Assembly (NCBI GenBank): GCA_937928475.1
Contig: CALFVE010000217.1
Span: 1-39,643, forward strand
Length of the DNA: 39,643 bases
Direction: 5' to 3'
From: an uncultured bacterium
GTDB taxonomy: Bacteria > Armatimonadota > Zipacnadia > Zipacnadales > Zipacnadaceae
Shown here: positions 26,058 through 36,200 of the stretch, one piece after another
How positions within the stretch are numbered: the first letter of the stretch is position 1
How the letters are laid out: each line of letters starts with the position of its first letter
The notes under the pieces: generated by a model
Database searches by the model: none
What the model saw: only the letters and a program-made list of their open reading frames with translations
What the model was told of the DNA's origin: nothing
Translations under genes and position numbers: made by a program

Positions 26058-26513
26058 CTATTGGGGTGCTCCGAACTCAAGATACGGCTCGCCGATGAAC
26101 TTGCCGTCGCGGGTGGCGCGGATCAGTTCCTCGGATTGCAGGGCCCAGAGGATATCCACGTCGCGATCCTGCCAGCGGCAGACGATCCTTCGCTGGCTCT
26201 CGTAACGGCTGTCGGACAGTTCGACCTCCCGGCAGGCCTGACGGAAGTGCGCAAAGTCTCCCCATTCCCGCTCCGAGCCGATGCAGAAGACCAGCCCGCC
26301 GCAGGTCTGACGGATCTCCGCTCCCAGGAAGTTCCGGGGCTCACCCTCGTAGTTGTAGAAGGACACTACCCGGAAATGGCCGACCCGGGTGATCTCCACC
26401 GCCTTCTGCCTGCCGTGATTGGTCAGGACGAGAGGTCGAAGCCCCAGATAGGTGAGGCCATCGCGGAGGAAGACCCACTCCTGGGCCTGGCTGGAGCCCT
26501 CCGGGCCGAGCAC
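26058..26513 (-). CDS. Hypothetical protein (151 aa), possibly a remnant of a larger gene
   Basis: The translation is non-low-complexity (EWVFLRDGLTYLGLRPLVLTNHGRQKAVEITRVGHFRVVSFYNYEGEPRNFLGAEIRQTCGGLVFCIGSEREWGDFAHF...). The only start is GTG 26513, six codons after an in-frame TGA, with AGGAG only 3 nt away, which is too close. No family recognised. Confidence 0.45.
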   Translation of the reverse strand: MLGPEGSSQAQEWVFLRDGLTYLGLRPLVLTNHGRQKAVEITRVGHFRVVSFYNYEGEPRNFLGAEIRQTCGGLVFCIGSEREWGDFAHFRQACREVELSDSRYESQRRIVCRWQDRDVDILWALQSEELIRATRDGKFIGEPYLEFGAPQ

Positions 26514-26807
26514 CGGCTCCTGAGGCGGTCATGGGAAAGTTTTTTGCGGTGCCGGTGCTACGGTTGAGGCCTTGGCGGGGGCAGTTCGTCTGCCGGCGCA
26601 GGGTTTCGTGCAAGACAGCGACGGCGAGGAACTACCCGCTGGGGACAGGCGTTCTCTATCCACAGCATGCCCGAGTGGCCTCTGGGGGGGCGGCAGGTGG
26701 CCGAGGCGTGCCGCCTGAGGCCAGAACCTCGTTTTGGGGGGAATGCGTCTAAAGAGGCAGAAGCTCGCGGACGGGCGAGTATGTCTGTTGGTTTCGGATG
26801 ATGTAGG

Positions 26808-27650
26808 ATGAACACTGCAAAGACTGTCTTCTTAATGCTGATATTGACCGGCCTGTTTCTCTTCATCGGCTACCTGGTCGGCGGCGAACAGGGCATGATC
26901 TTTGCCCTGGCGCTGGCTGCCCTGCTGAACCTGGGAACCTACTGGTTCTCAGACCGCATCGTGCTGGCGATGTACCGTGCGCAGGAGGTAGACGAAAGTC
27001 AAGCACCGGGGCTTTTCCGAGTGGTGCGGCGGCTGGCGCAGCGCGCCGGATTGCCGATGCCGCGGGTCTTTGTCATCCCTGAGAACTCACCGAACGCGTT
27101 CGCGACGGGCAGGGACCCCCAACATGCGGTGGTGGCAGTGACGTCGGGGCTGCTGAGTATGCTTGGCGAAGAGGAACTGGAGGGGGTCATCGCCCACGAA
27201 CTCTCGCACGTGCGTAACCGCGATTTGCTCATCGGGGCCATCGCAGCGACGCTGGCCGGAGCGCTCATGATCCTGGCGAGGATCTTCTACTTCTTCGGAG
27301 GCGGTGGCAGAAGCCGCGAGGGTAGCGGCCTAGGGGCGCTGCTGCTTCTGATCGTCGCTCCTCTGGCCGCCTTGTTCATCCGCCTGGCGATTTCCCGCTC
27401 GCGGGAGTACCAGGCAGATGAGAGCGCGGGGGTCCTGACAGCCAATCCCAGGGGGCTGGCCAGTGCGCTGGCGAAGCTCGACCGGGCGGCGGAGCATTAC
27501 CCCATGGAGCAGGCTGAGCCGAGCACCTCGCACCTGTTCATTGTGAATCCGCTGCGAGGCGACTGGCTGGCCGGCCTGTTCAGCACGCACCCGCCGATCC
27601 GCGCCCGCATTGAGCGTCTGGAGCGCCTGGCTCAGGCGCAACTGCGCTAG
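26808..27650 (+). CDS. htpX: Zinc metalloprotease HtpX (peptidase M48)
   Basis: N-terminal TM helices, SPNAFATG, the catalytic HELSHVRNRD motif, a second TM pair, SREYQADESA and the C-terminal FSTHPPIRARIERL. Confidence 0.93.
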   Translation: MNTAKTVFLMLILTGLFLFIGYLVGGEQGMIFALALAALLNLGTYWFSDRIVLAMYRAQEVDESQAPGLFRVVRRLAQRAGLPMPRVFVIPENSPNAFATGRDPQHAVVAVTSGLLSMLGEEELEGVIAHELSHVRNRDLLIGAIAATLAGALMILARIFYFFGGGGRSREGSGLGALLLLIVAPLAALFIRLAISRSREYQADESAGVLTANPRGLASALAKLDRAAEHYPMEQAEPSTSHLFIVNPLRGDWLAGLFSTHPPIRARIERLERLAQAQLR

Positions 27651-27692
27651 GCCCGGTCCAGTGCTGTGCCCCTGGGGGAACGTCGCGGGTTC

Positions 27693-28331
27693 CTACCGCC
27701 CGTAGAGGACCTCCAGGCTCGTCTTGGCCAAGACCTTGCCCTCGATGGCCTTGAGGACCTCTTCGCGGTTCGCTCCCGGTGGCAGCCCTGACTTCTCCTT
27801 GAGTGCGTACAGGGTGAACTGGTAGCGATGGGGCGGTCCCGGCGGCGGCGCCGGGCCCATGTAACCGGGCTTTCCCGCGCTGTTCAGCCCCTGGCGGCAG
27901 GCAGGGGTCGCGACCTCCGTCTGCTTGAGCACGTTTTCCGGCAGGCCGGAGAGGCCGGGGGACAGGTCATAGACCAGCCAGTGGTTGAAAATCCCTCGCG
28001 GCGCGTCCGGGTCATCGCAGATCAGCGCCAGTTCCTGAGTCTCGGCGGGCGGCTCAGTCCAAGACAGGGGCGGAGAGACATCCTGCCCGTCGCCCGTGTA
28101 CTTGACCGGCATGCGCTCGCCCGCCTGGAAGGCAGGGCTGGTGAGTTTCCAGGTGGTGCTGGGCTGCTCTGCGGGGGGGCTGGATACCGCGGGCGGGGGC
28201 TGTGTAGGTAGCGAGGGAGGCTGGGTGGCAGCCCGCTCCCTCCCGCAGGCGGTGAACACCGCCAGAACCGTTGCTGCCAGGAGCAGGCGCCCGGCGGCGA
28301 AAATTCGCTCTTTCCTTCGCATTTTGCTCAT
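27693..28331 (-). CDS. YbhB/YbcL family Raf-kinase-inhibitor-like (PEBP) lipoprotein
   Basis: Lipoprotein signal LLLAATVLAVFTACG, then a Pro-rich linker. PEBP motifs DVSPPLSWTEPP, ALICDDPDAP, FNHWLVYDL, GYMGPAPPPGPPHRYQFTLYAL. The start may be ATG 28322 rather than 28331 on RBS spacing. Confidence 0.9.
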   Translation of the reverse strand: MSKMRRKERIFAAGRLLLAATVLAVFTACGRERAATQPPSLPTQPPPAVSSPPAEQPSTTWKLTSPAFQAGERMPVKYTGDGQDVSPPLSWTEPPAETQELALICDDPDAPRGIFNHWLVYDLSPGLSGLPENVLKQTEVATPACRQGLNSAGKPGYMGPAPPPGPPHRYQFTLYALKEKSGLPPGANREEVLKAIEGKVLAKTSLEVLYGR

Positions 28332-28388
28332 CTCCCCTCTCAGGCACGGCAGCCGGGGCCGGCGAAAGACGGGTCTGCTGCCGCGTTC

Positions 28389-29548
28389 TCAGTTGTCTCT
28401 TCCGACGATCAGATCCGAGAAGAAGGTCTGGTGTGAACTGGTTGGCGAGAAGAACTGGGTCATGACGTTGTCCAGGTGCGGCTGATCGCCGGGGCCGCCA
28501 CTGCCCAGGATCAGGTACTGCGGCGCGCCCTGGTGCTGGCGGCCGCGGGCGACCTGGTGGTCCTGAACCCACTGCTTCCCGTCCGCCGAGCAGGAGAAGG
28601 TGATGGTGTCGGGCTGGAGGGATATACGGACCCAGTTGGCCGTGTGGGGCCACCAGTTGGGCACGTAGGCGGTGCTAATCGGCAAGCCCGCGCGCGGCGG
28701 CTGGTCGCTGACCACATAGATGAACTTTCCGCTGGTGGGGCCGGGAGTGGCCTGAACGTATTCGCCGTTGGGCCAGTACAGGAAGAGGCTCCCGCCGCGC
28801 AGGCGTCGTTGAGAGCACCGGAAGCGTTCCAGGCATTCCAGAAGTACCCCAAGTAGGTGCGGTCCAGGTTGGGCCGCCAGACGGTGCCGTCGGCGGGGGG
28901 CTGGAGGCTGATCGAGGCCAGGGGCACGCGCATCTCACAGACCCAGCGGGTGCCGTCCACCGAGTTGGCCAGGTCTGCGCCGCTTTCCCAGGAGTTGTGA
29001 GCCTCGTTGAGCAGGGCCACGAATTTGCAGTCCCACAGGGTACCGAGGGCGTTGGCGGCCAGGTAGTAGGTGCAGAAGTCGTAGCGGTTGACCTGCTCGC
29101 CGGAACCCGGCGCGAGCATCATTTCTAGGCAGTCGTCGCCGATGATGCGGAGGTTATCATGCTCGGAGCAGGCGGCCACGATGGTGCTGGTGTTGGAGTC
29201 AATCGAGTCCAGGGCCACGTAAAGGTACTGGGAATCCCAACAGAGGTAGAATACCGGCTGCTCCTCGCGTACCACCTGGGGCAAGGCGTTGGGGTAGGCC
29301 TCGAACATGGTGAGGGTGGCCGCGTACTGCCACTCGCCGGGCGAGAGGCGGCCGTCGAGGACCGGGGCCTGCCGGCAGCGCGGGATCGTGACCTCCGGCT
29401 CGGAACGCTCCGCCGGAGCGCACCACGTCGCAGTGCGCAGCGCGCAAGCAAGCAGGGACCAGAGCAGCGCAAGGAGTCTGAGGCGAGCGCTCAAGGGCAG
29501 AGACTTCACCCTCTGACAAGAACTCGGGTTCGAGGCGCGGCTATTCAC
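28389..29548 (-). pseudogene. Frameshifted gene for a secreted CBM9-like + C-terminal jelly-roll-like domain protein (either a true pseudogene or a 1-nt sequence error)
   Basis: The span is 1160 nt, not a multiple of 3. Track ORF 28511..29548 is credible up to ...RPNLDRTYLGYFWNAWNASGALNDA (signal peptide LLALLWSLLACAL; CBM9-like APVLDGRLSPGEWQYA, QYLYVALDS, DDCLEMMLAPG, RWVCEMRVPLASI). After that it becomes Ala/Pro/Ser/Arg junk. A second frame is open from the same point and reads RGGSLFLYWPNGEYVQATPGPTSGKFIYVVSDQPP...NWVRISLQPDTITFSCSADGKQWV...PQYLILGSGG...DLIVGRDN* (stop at 28389). It aligns with the C-terminus of the upstream 1175-aa protein. The frame switch is near 28795-28812. Confidence 0.7.
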
Positions 29549-32500
29549 GGCCCAGGATCAACTCCCCGATCCAGCCCTGGTACAACCCCGTGTCCCACTG
29601 GGCGTCGTTGCTGAAGACTTCGTTCTCGCCTTTGGAACCGCGACCCAAGATAAGTAACTGAGGAGGGCCGGCGAAGGCCTCGGGTCGGGGCACCTCGGCT
29701 TCCAGGGTCCAGGCGCGACCGTCGAGGGAGGAGCAGAAGGCGAGACTAGCAGGGCGCAAGGCAAGGCGGAGCCAGAAATCGAGCCGGTTGTCATCTTGTA
29801 CGCTGAAGGCGCGGCCCCCCAGCGGGATGCGCCGGGCGCCCCAGCCGCGTATGTTGAGCGTGTCTTCGCCGGACTTGCCACCGGTGAAGAAGGTGTAGCG
29901 GCCCCGGCCCCAGTACAGCCCGAGGCCCGGGTTCCATTCGGCCGCGCCCCCGCTAGGGTAGACCTGCACGCGGGCCTGCACCACCGTCGCCTCGGGCGGG
30001 AAAGGGCGGGAGAGGTACTCGTACTTGTAGTACTTGCCGAGGAAGGTCACCATGCCTCCGGCCGGTACAATTTTCGCCTCGGCGGGATTTGCCGGAGAAA
30101 TATGTGTGCTCCAGATTGGCTCCAGCTCGGGGCCGGCGAAGTTGGCGGCGTAGAGCACCTCTCGCGGCCCCCGGAGGTCCGTGCCGGAGAGCGGAGCCAA
30201 GGAGTTGGGGTTGTGGTCCACACGGACTCGACCGAACAGAGCGGGGCGGTCGTTCGAAGAGGCAGGGACATCCTCACCGTAGGAGTTCTGCGCGGAGAGC
30301 GTGACCAGGACTTTGCGCCCGCGATACTCAGTGAGGGGGACCTCGCGAGGTTGCCACTCCCGGGTGACGGGGACCGTCTCCTCCCAGACCTGCTTGCCGT
30401 TGACCAGCACACGAAGCACGAGGGGCTTGGGGAGGTAGGACTGCTTGCTGTCGTGATCGGGGGCGTAGGCCAGGTCGAATCTGAGCATCGGCTGCCCCTC
30501 GGGGACGAGTTGCACCCACTCTTCTGCCCAGCCTCGGAACAGACCGGACCCAATACACAGCGTGGGATACTCCTGCTCCCCGACTTTGCGCTTCTCCACC
30601 CAGATACGCGAATTGTAGGACCACCGGAGATTGGGAACGCCCCGGGCCAGCGACTGCCCGGTCGCGCCGGCAAAGTCGCTGCGGAAACGCGTGTCCTTCG
30701 GCGGAGAGTCCTCCCAGACAAAGACCAGACCGCCGGGAATGGCAGTGGGGATACTGACTTCCTGGCCCGGCTCGAAGGGTCCTTCGAGGTCCCGTTCGGC
30801 AGTGCATATACGGAGGCACTGGCGGCGGAGGGTAACGGCGACCTCTCCCGTGGAGGCAGAATTGGACAGGCTGCCTAGTTCAAGCACTAGTTGCTTTCGG
30901 CTGGGGCGCAGGGCATTAAGGAAGGCCTGCGGCGGGAGCGCGGTGACGAGCCGTGTGTCCGAGGGTGGGGGCGCGCCGAGCAAGAAGGGATAAGTGCGCT
31001 GGGGATTGAGCCCAATTGGCCGGCCGTCCCGGTAGGCAAGCCAGTGCTGGAGGTGGGTCGGCTCGCCCAGCGGGCTCTGCGCCTGGCCCCGATAGCGCCC
31101 CAGGCGGATCCGTAGGTTGGCGCCCTCCTCCTCGACGAAAGCGTCCCCGAAGGGCATGCGCCGGAACTGGAACCACCGACCTCCTTTGCCGCGGTAGTAG
31201 GCCAGCGCTGGTTCCTCCCAGGTCAGCGGAAGGTCGTTGAAGAGTTCTTCCTCCGTGAAGAGGCGGGCCCGCGCTTCAGACCACTCATCGCCCACCACTA
31301 ATTCGGGAAGGCAAGCGAGCAGGGCGCTGTGAGCGGGATCTATGCCCTCCTCGCGGCACCAGGTGTAACTGCCCCAAAGGGCGGCACGGAGGGGGTGATT
31401 GACCACGGTCTCGACGCTGGGATAGGCGCGGGGAAGGTTCAGGTGGGACCCGCCTTCCCAGGTGTAGAAGACGCGATTCATGATCCATTCGCCCTGAACC
31501 TCGCTCATCAGCGCCAGTTCCGGGTACGCCGCCTGGCTCTTTCCGAGCGCCTGCTCCTCGCCCTGCCGATAGGTGAGACCGCCCCTCACTTTGCGGTCAG
31601 GAGGGAAATGGTGGCCGCCGTCACAGCCGGCCACATCCAGGTAAGCGCCGTCCATTTGATGGAAGCGGCAATAGTTTGCGAAATTGCGCACAAAGTACTG
31701 CTGGAAGATCTTGGCCCCAGGATGCAAAAGCCAGAGTGAGGCCACGTCGAGGGGCGAGTAGTACCCGGCGGCGATCGGGCGGAAGTGGTCGTGGAACCTT
31801 TCGGGAGGGCCGTCATAGTCCGGGTTGAACCGGTAGCCTTCCGGCAGCCAGCCCTTGGCGGCCAGGTCCTTGAGGCGTTGTTCGGAGGCAGCGGGAGGCA
31901 TCACCAGTACCCAGGGGTGGTAGCCCAGCCAGCGGAAGCCGTGCTGCTTGAGGGCGGCGATTGCTTCGGGCGCGGGCCGCGGGGTGGTGGAGTGACGATG
32001 GTCACCGAAGAGCACGATGCGGTCGCCGTTCCAATAAAAGAGCAGGAGTTTGGTAGGGTCAACGCGGCGGGCCAGGTCGGCGTAGTAGGCAGGGGCGTCC
32101 TGGGGAGAGGGCACTTCGGTGTACACGGCGTGAATGTTGCGGACCCAGGTACAAGGATTCTGCCACAGAGGCTTTGCGCCGGTTTCGGCCTCAAACTGCG
32201 CTCGGTACCGGCGGGCAGCCGCCACCCAGGAAGAGTGGACACTGAGGCGCCAGCGACCGGAGGCCAGGGTGCCGGGTTCGGTTTCCCGAGGGTCGCGTGT
32301 AGTAGTGAGAATCAGGCTGTCGGCGGAGGGCGTGTGGGCAACACTGAGGTTGCCGTAGGTGAACACGGACTCGCGCCATAGCGCCAGCCAGCCTCGCTCG
32401 CCTTCGATGAGAGCGATGAGGGGAGAATACAGGTTGTTGGCCCGATGGACGCAGTGGTCCACGCGGGGGGAGTCTTCGCGAGTATATTGCGTCCCGCAGC

Positions 32501-33068
32501 CGAGCACCACCGACTTGCCGCGCAGGTTCAACAGGGGCAAATCGAGCGAGAGAACGGGCTGAGGCGTGCCAGGTTGGCGCGAAACGGCTTGCAGCAGGAG
32601 GTCGCCCGTGTCGGGGTCCACCTGGGCTCGATAGCGCAGTTCATCGCCAGTCCCGGCTCCGGGGAAGCCTCGATACACAGCCTCCATGTCTGTCGGCCCT
32701 AACCGCCGGTACTCAGGAACAGCCTGGGGATCGGGTCGGCGGCGGGCGGCCTGCAGCACTTGGTTCCCTACCCATTGCTGAGGGTCTTTCTTCCAGCCGC
32801 TGGCGAACTGCCAGGAGTCCTCAACGGTGGTGCTGCCGCGAGGAATGAGTTGCCAGGCCTCGCTGGGATCGCCCGAGGAGAAGACCTCGCCGGTGGTGAG
32901 ATCCTTGACTGAGGTGACAGCGCCGGCCTGCAGGATCACTTCCAGCACAGGGCTGCGGATGACCAAGCGGTTGTCCTGGGGCAGGAAGAGCGCTTGGCCG
33001 TCGCCCCACGCAGAGGTGCAGCCGGCGAGCGTCACCGCGAGGAGAAGCCCCGTGCGGCCGAAGGTCAT
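29541..33068 (-). CDS. Large (~1175 aa) secreted lipoprotein with an unassigned (possibly glycoside-hydrolase-like) core and a C-terminal jelly-roll/LamG-like domain
   Basis: ATG 33068 gives MTFGRTGLLLAVTLAGC (lipobox LAGC); GTG 33080 and GTG 33077 are alternatives. The long ORF has normal amino-acid composition throughout. The central region (FYWNGDRIVLFGDHRH...HGFRWLGYHPWVLV...MDGAYLDVAGCDGG...LMSEVQGEW...) has alternating beta/alpha character suggestive of a TIM barrel, which is inference only. The C-terminal domain is DFWLRLALRPASLAFCSSLDGRAWT...PQLLILGRGS...ELILGRE. Confidence 0.85.
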   Translation of the reverse strand: MTFGRTGLLLAVTLAGCTSAWGDGQALFLPQDNRLVIRSPVLEVILQAGAVTSVKDLTTGEVFSSGDPSEAWQLIPRGSTTVEDSWQFASGWKKDPQQWVGNQVLQAARRRPDPQAVPEYRRLGPTDMEAVYRGFPGAGTGDELRYRAQVDPDTGDLLLQAVSRQPGTPQPVLSLDLPLLNLRGKSVVLGCGTQYTREDSPRVDHCVHRANNLYSPLIALIEGERGWLALWRESVFTYGNLSVAHTPSADSLILTTTRDPRETEPGTLASGRWRLSVHSSWVAAARRYRAQFEAETGAKPLWQNPCTWVRNIHAVYTEVPSPQDAPAYYADLARRVDPTKLLLFYWNGDRIVLFGDHRHSTTPRPAPEAIAALKQHGFRWLGYHPWVLVMPPAASEQRLKDLAAKGWLPEGYRFNPDYDGPPERFHDHFRPIAAGYYSPLDVASLWLLHPGAKIFQQYFVRNFANYCRFHQMDGAYLDVAGCDGGHHFPPDRKVRGGLTYRQGEEQALGKSQAAYPELALMSEVQGEWIMNRVFYTWEGGSHLNLPRAYPSVETVVNHPLRAALWGSYTWCREEGIDPAHSALLACLPELVVGDEWSEARARLFTEEELFNDLPLTWEEPALAYYRGKGGRWFQFRRMPFGDAFVEEEGANLRIRLGRYRGQAQSPLGEPTHLQHWLAYRDGRPIGLNPQRTYPFLLGAPPPSDTRLVTALPPQAFLNALRPSRKQLVLELGSLSNSASTGEVAVTLRRQCLRICTAERDLEGPFEPGQEVSIPTAIPGGLVFVWEDSPPKDTRFRSDFAGATGQSLARGVPNLRWSYNSRIWVEKRKVGEQEYPTLCIGSGLFRGWAEEWVQLVPEGQPMLRFDLAYAPDHDSKQSYLPKPLVLRVLVNGKQVWEETVPVTREWQPREVPLTEYRGRKVLVTLSAQNSYGEDVPASSNDRPALFGRVRVDHNPNSLAPLSGTDLRGPREVLYAANFAGPELEPIWSTHISPANPAEAKIVPAGGMVTFLGKYYKYEYLSRPFPPEATVVQARVQVYPSGGAAEWNPGLGLYWGRGRYTFFTGGKSGEDTLNIRGWGARRIPLGGRAFSVQDDNRLDFWLRLALRPASLAFCSSLDGRAWTLEAEVPRPEAFAGPPQLLILGRGSKGENEVFSNDAQWDTGLYQGWIGELILGRE

Positions 33069-33261
33069 TCTCGTCACCACTTACCCAGGCAGGGAGCGTT
33101 CGCGTCAATATTTCCCTCGCACGCAGGGTATTCCTTCTGCTGTACACCACCCGCAAACTTTCGGGCGGCCCGAGGGAGGAAAGGACGGTCGAGGGGAGGA
33201 AGCGGTCTTTGTCTGTGCGCAGTCTTGCCCGAACGCTTATGGACTCGGAGGCTGACTTGCC

Positions 33262-36200
33262 ATGAGAACTCCGCACGCTGTTCGACGCTTCGTGCTAGTG
33301 CTGCTGCTGGGGGCACCGCTCCTGCAGTGCGCTTCGCGGCCGGCGGGAGCCGCGGCCTACCCCTTGCCGGGGCCGCAGTTGGAGGAGGTGCCAGGGCCGG
33401 TTCTGTCTCAAGAGGGTATTCCTGCGCCGGCGACCTGGCCCGCCTTGCGCTATGAGCAGCCTCTGCGGATCCTGGCCATCACCAGCAAGGGGAATTCGGC
33501 GGCGGCGTATCAGCGGATTGCGCGGCGGATGCGCGCCAGCCTTGACCTGCGTTATCTAGGCGGAGGGGATGACATCTACCATGTCAACGACAAGTGGATT
33601 GAGCCGAAGGACAACCCGACGGCCCAAGAACTGCGGGAGTATACGGTCAAGGTCATCCGCGACACGGTGAGCGCGGCGGCCGCGGAGCCTCGCTATGAGG
33701 TAATCTTCTGCGACAATCCCGGCCAGATTCTGGCAGACGCTCAGTTGCAGGAGGGCCTATTGGCATGTGCCCGGCAAGGGACCGTGCTGGTGGTATGCGC
33801 CAACTATTATCCGGCAGAGGGTAGTCCCCTGGCGCCGCTGTGGCCGGGAAAGGCCGAGCCGCGCAACTCCTGGATGGCGGGCGGAGCCCGGCGCACGGAG
33901 GCGGCGGAGGTGGCGGGGCTGCCCCTGGAGCGGCTGATGGGGCACACCTGGATACCGCTTACCTCCGCGGCGGAAGGAGCAGTGGCGCTGGCCACGGGAG
34001 AGTCGGGGGCGTGTTTCCTGCGACGAGTAGATCGAGGGGCGGTGGTGTTCTGCCCCACGGGGCCCATCTCCCGCAGGCACGACGCCATCGCGGCGCACGG
34101 GCGGCGCTATGACCACGATGAGATCTGGCTGCGCTTGTGGGATCAGGTCTTATACCTGCTGGTGCGGGGCGAGAAAGCCTTCCCCGCCCTAACCGATCTG
34201 ACTGCGGGAGAGACAGAGGCGCCGCCAGGGCAGGAGTATGTGCTGGCGGGCAAAGTGATCAACCGCACTTTCGCGGGCCCGCTGACCTTGTCGGTGCATG
34301 TCACCACGCCGCGGGGGAAGGTGGTTTACTCGAACACCGAGACGGTGAATCTGCCCGCAGGTCAAGAGGCGGCGCGGGAGATACGCGTACCGATCCGACC
34401 CGAATGGGCCGCCGGGCTCTATCCGGTGTACCTGACCCTGGGCGAGGCCAAGACGAAACGGCAGTTTCATCAGTCGCTGCAGTACATCCCGGTCACCGGG
34501 TCCTTGAAGTTGACTCTGGTCGCCGACAAACGGGGGTATCAGACAGGCGAGACCGCGAATTTGCTGCTCACGGCCACGGCGGCGGCGCCTTGGCAGGGGC
34601 GGCTTCTGTTCGGCGTGTATGACTTCCGCGGGCGGCTCCTGGCCGCGGAGGAGAGACCGGTGACGCTAGGCGCGGAGCCTCAGGACCTGACCTTCACCTA
34701 CCGAATGAGCGACCACGGGGTGCGGGACGATACTTTCTGGGCGGAGGTGGCGGCGGTGCGGGACGGTCAGGAGTGGGAACGGGCGGAAGCCAAGTTCTAT
34801 CGGTATGATCGCTGGAGCATGCGCAACGAGTATCAGTGGTCCACCTGGTCAGGAGTGGCTTGCGCGGCGCCCTCGCTGGTGCCGATGGGGATGCGGATGA
34901 TGGCGCACGCTGGGATGAATGCCTTCGGCTACCCGGGGCGGAGTGAACTCTACTACCCGGCAGAGCGGTGGAGTTGGCGGTACTACAACGAGGGAGTGGG
35001 GATGAACACCTGGGGGCCGGTGATCGAGTACGAGAATGAGGCGGAGATTGAAGCGCAACTGCTGAAAGAGGCCGAAAAGGCTCCCAGCAACCCGGACTTG
35101 ACCTCCGCCGCCCTGGTGCTCGCCTCGGTGGGCGAAGAGGCGGGTTTCAAGCACGGCTGGGGGACGCGCTATTACTGGGAGGAGCCGGTAGCGCCGGAGA
35201 AGGCTTGCCGGGCCTTTCAGTGGTACCTGAAAACGAAGTATCCCGACCTGGCAGCGTTGAACGCGGTCTGGAGGACCAACTACCAAACCTGGGACGAGGT
35301 CAAACTGACCGAAGAGTTCTCCGGCAGGAGTCCGGCTCTGGAGGCGGACGGCTGGGCTCACCCCAAGGGGTCGCCGCTAGGGGCCGGGGTGACCGCGGTC
35401 AGCCTGGCCCCCTATCAAGATACCGCCGATTTCTATAACTGGTACTATGACCAGATCGTGAACACAGCCCGGCGGATCCTGCGGGAGAAGATCAACCCGG
35501 TGACGCTGACCATGTCCTCGGCGCCCACTATCGGTTCGGCCAACTACGACGTGCGCCTGACCGGGCCCAGCGCTTGGAACGAAAGCCAGTCGTACAGCAT
35601 CAACACGGGGCCGGAGCCGGGGTTTGGCCTGATTTGGGGGCACTTTGACTGGTCAGTGATGACGGAGAACATGTTCTGGGGATGGCTGCTGACCCGCAGC
35701 GGGCACAACAATTACTGGGTGGATATTCCACTCATGTTCAATGGTGACATGAGCCATACGCGGGCCTCCTTCGCCATGCGGCGCTGGACGCACCGGCTGG
35801 CCGGGCATGAGCGGATCATCCTGGACAGCCGGCCCTTCGTCTCCGAGGTGGGGGTTCTGGGGCACAACGGGCTGGGACAAGATCGGACGCGGCTGAACAT
35901 GACGGACTCGGTGAAAGTGGCGCTGCAGCAGAGCGGCTTCGGCTTTGGCGAGGCGGACCCGCAAGACCTCAGAGGCTACAAGGCGTTGTTCGTGGTCGGC
36001 AGGCAGGCGATTTCGGCCGCGGAGGCGGAGCGGCTGGATGAGTTCGTCCGCGGTGGAGGGACGCTGGTATTCACTTCGCGCTTCGCGACACAGACAGAAC
36101 TGGGGATGCCGCAGCCGGTGACGCCGGGAGCGGGGCTGGCGGAGAAGTGGGGGCTGCAAACCACCCCAGAGATAGCCAACATCCCTCAGTATCACAGCAA

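Noticed and set aside
26036-26058. GGCGGG-gg-CCCGCC hairpin between the convergent ACT-like and 151-aa ORFs
   Set aside because: A 6-bp stem with a 2-3-nt loop is sterically poor, and no U-tract follows.
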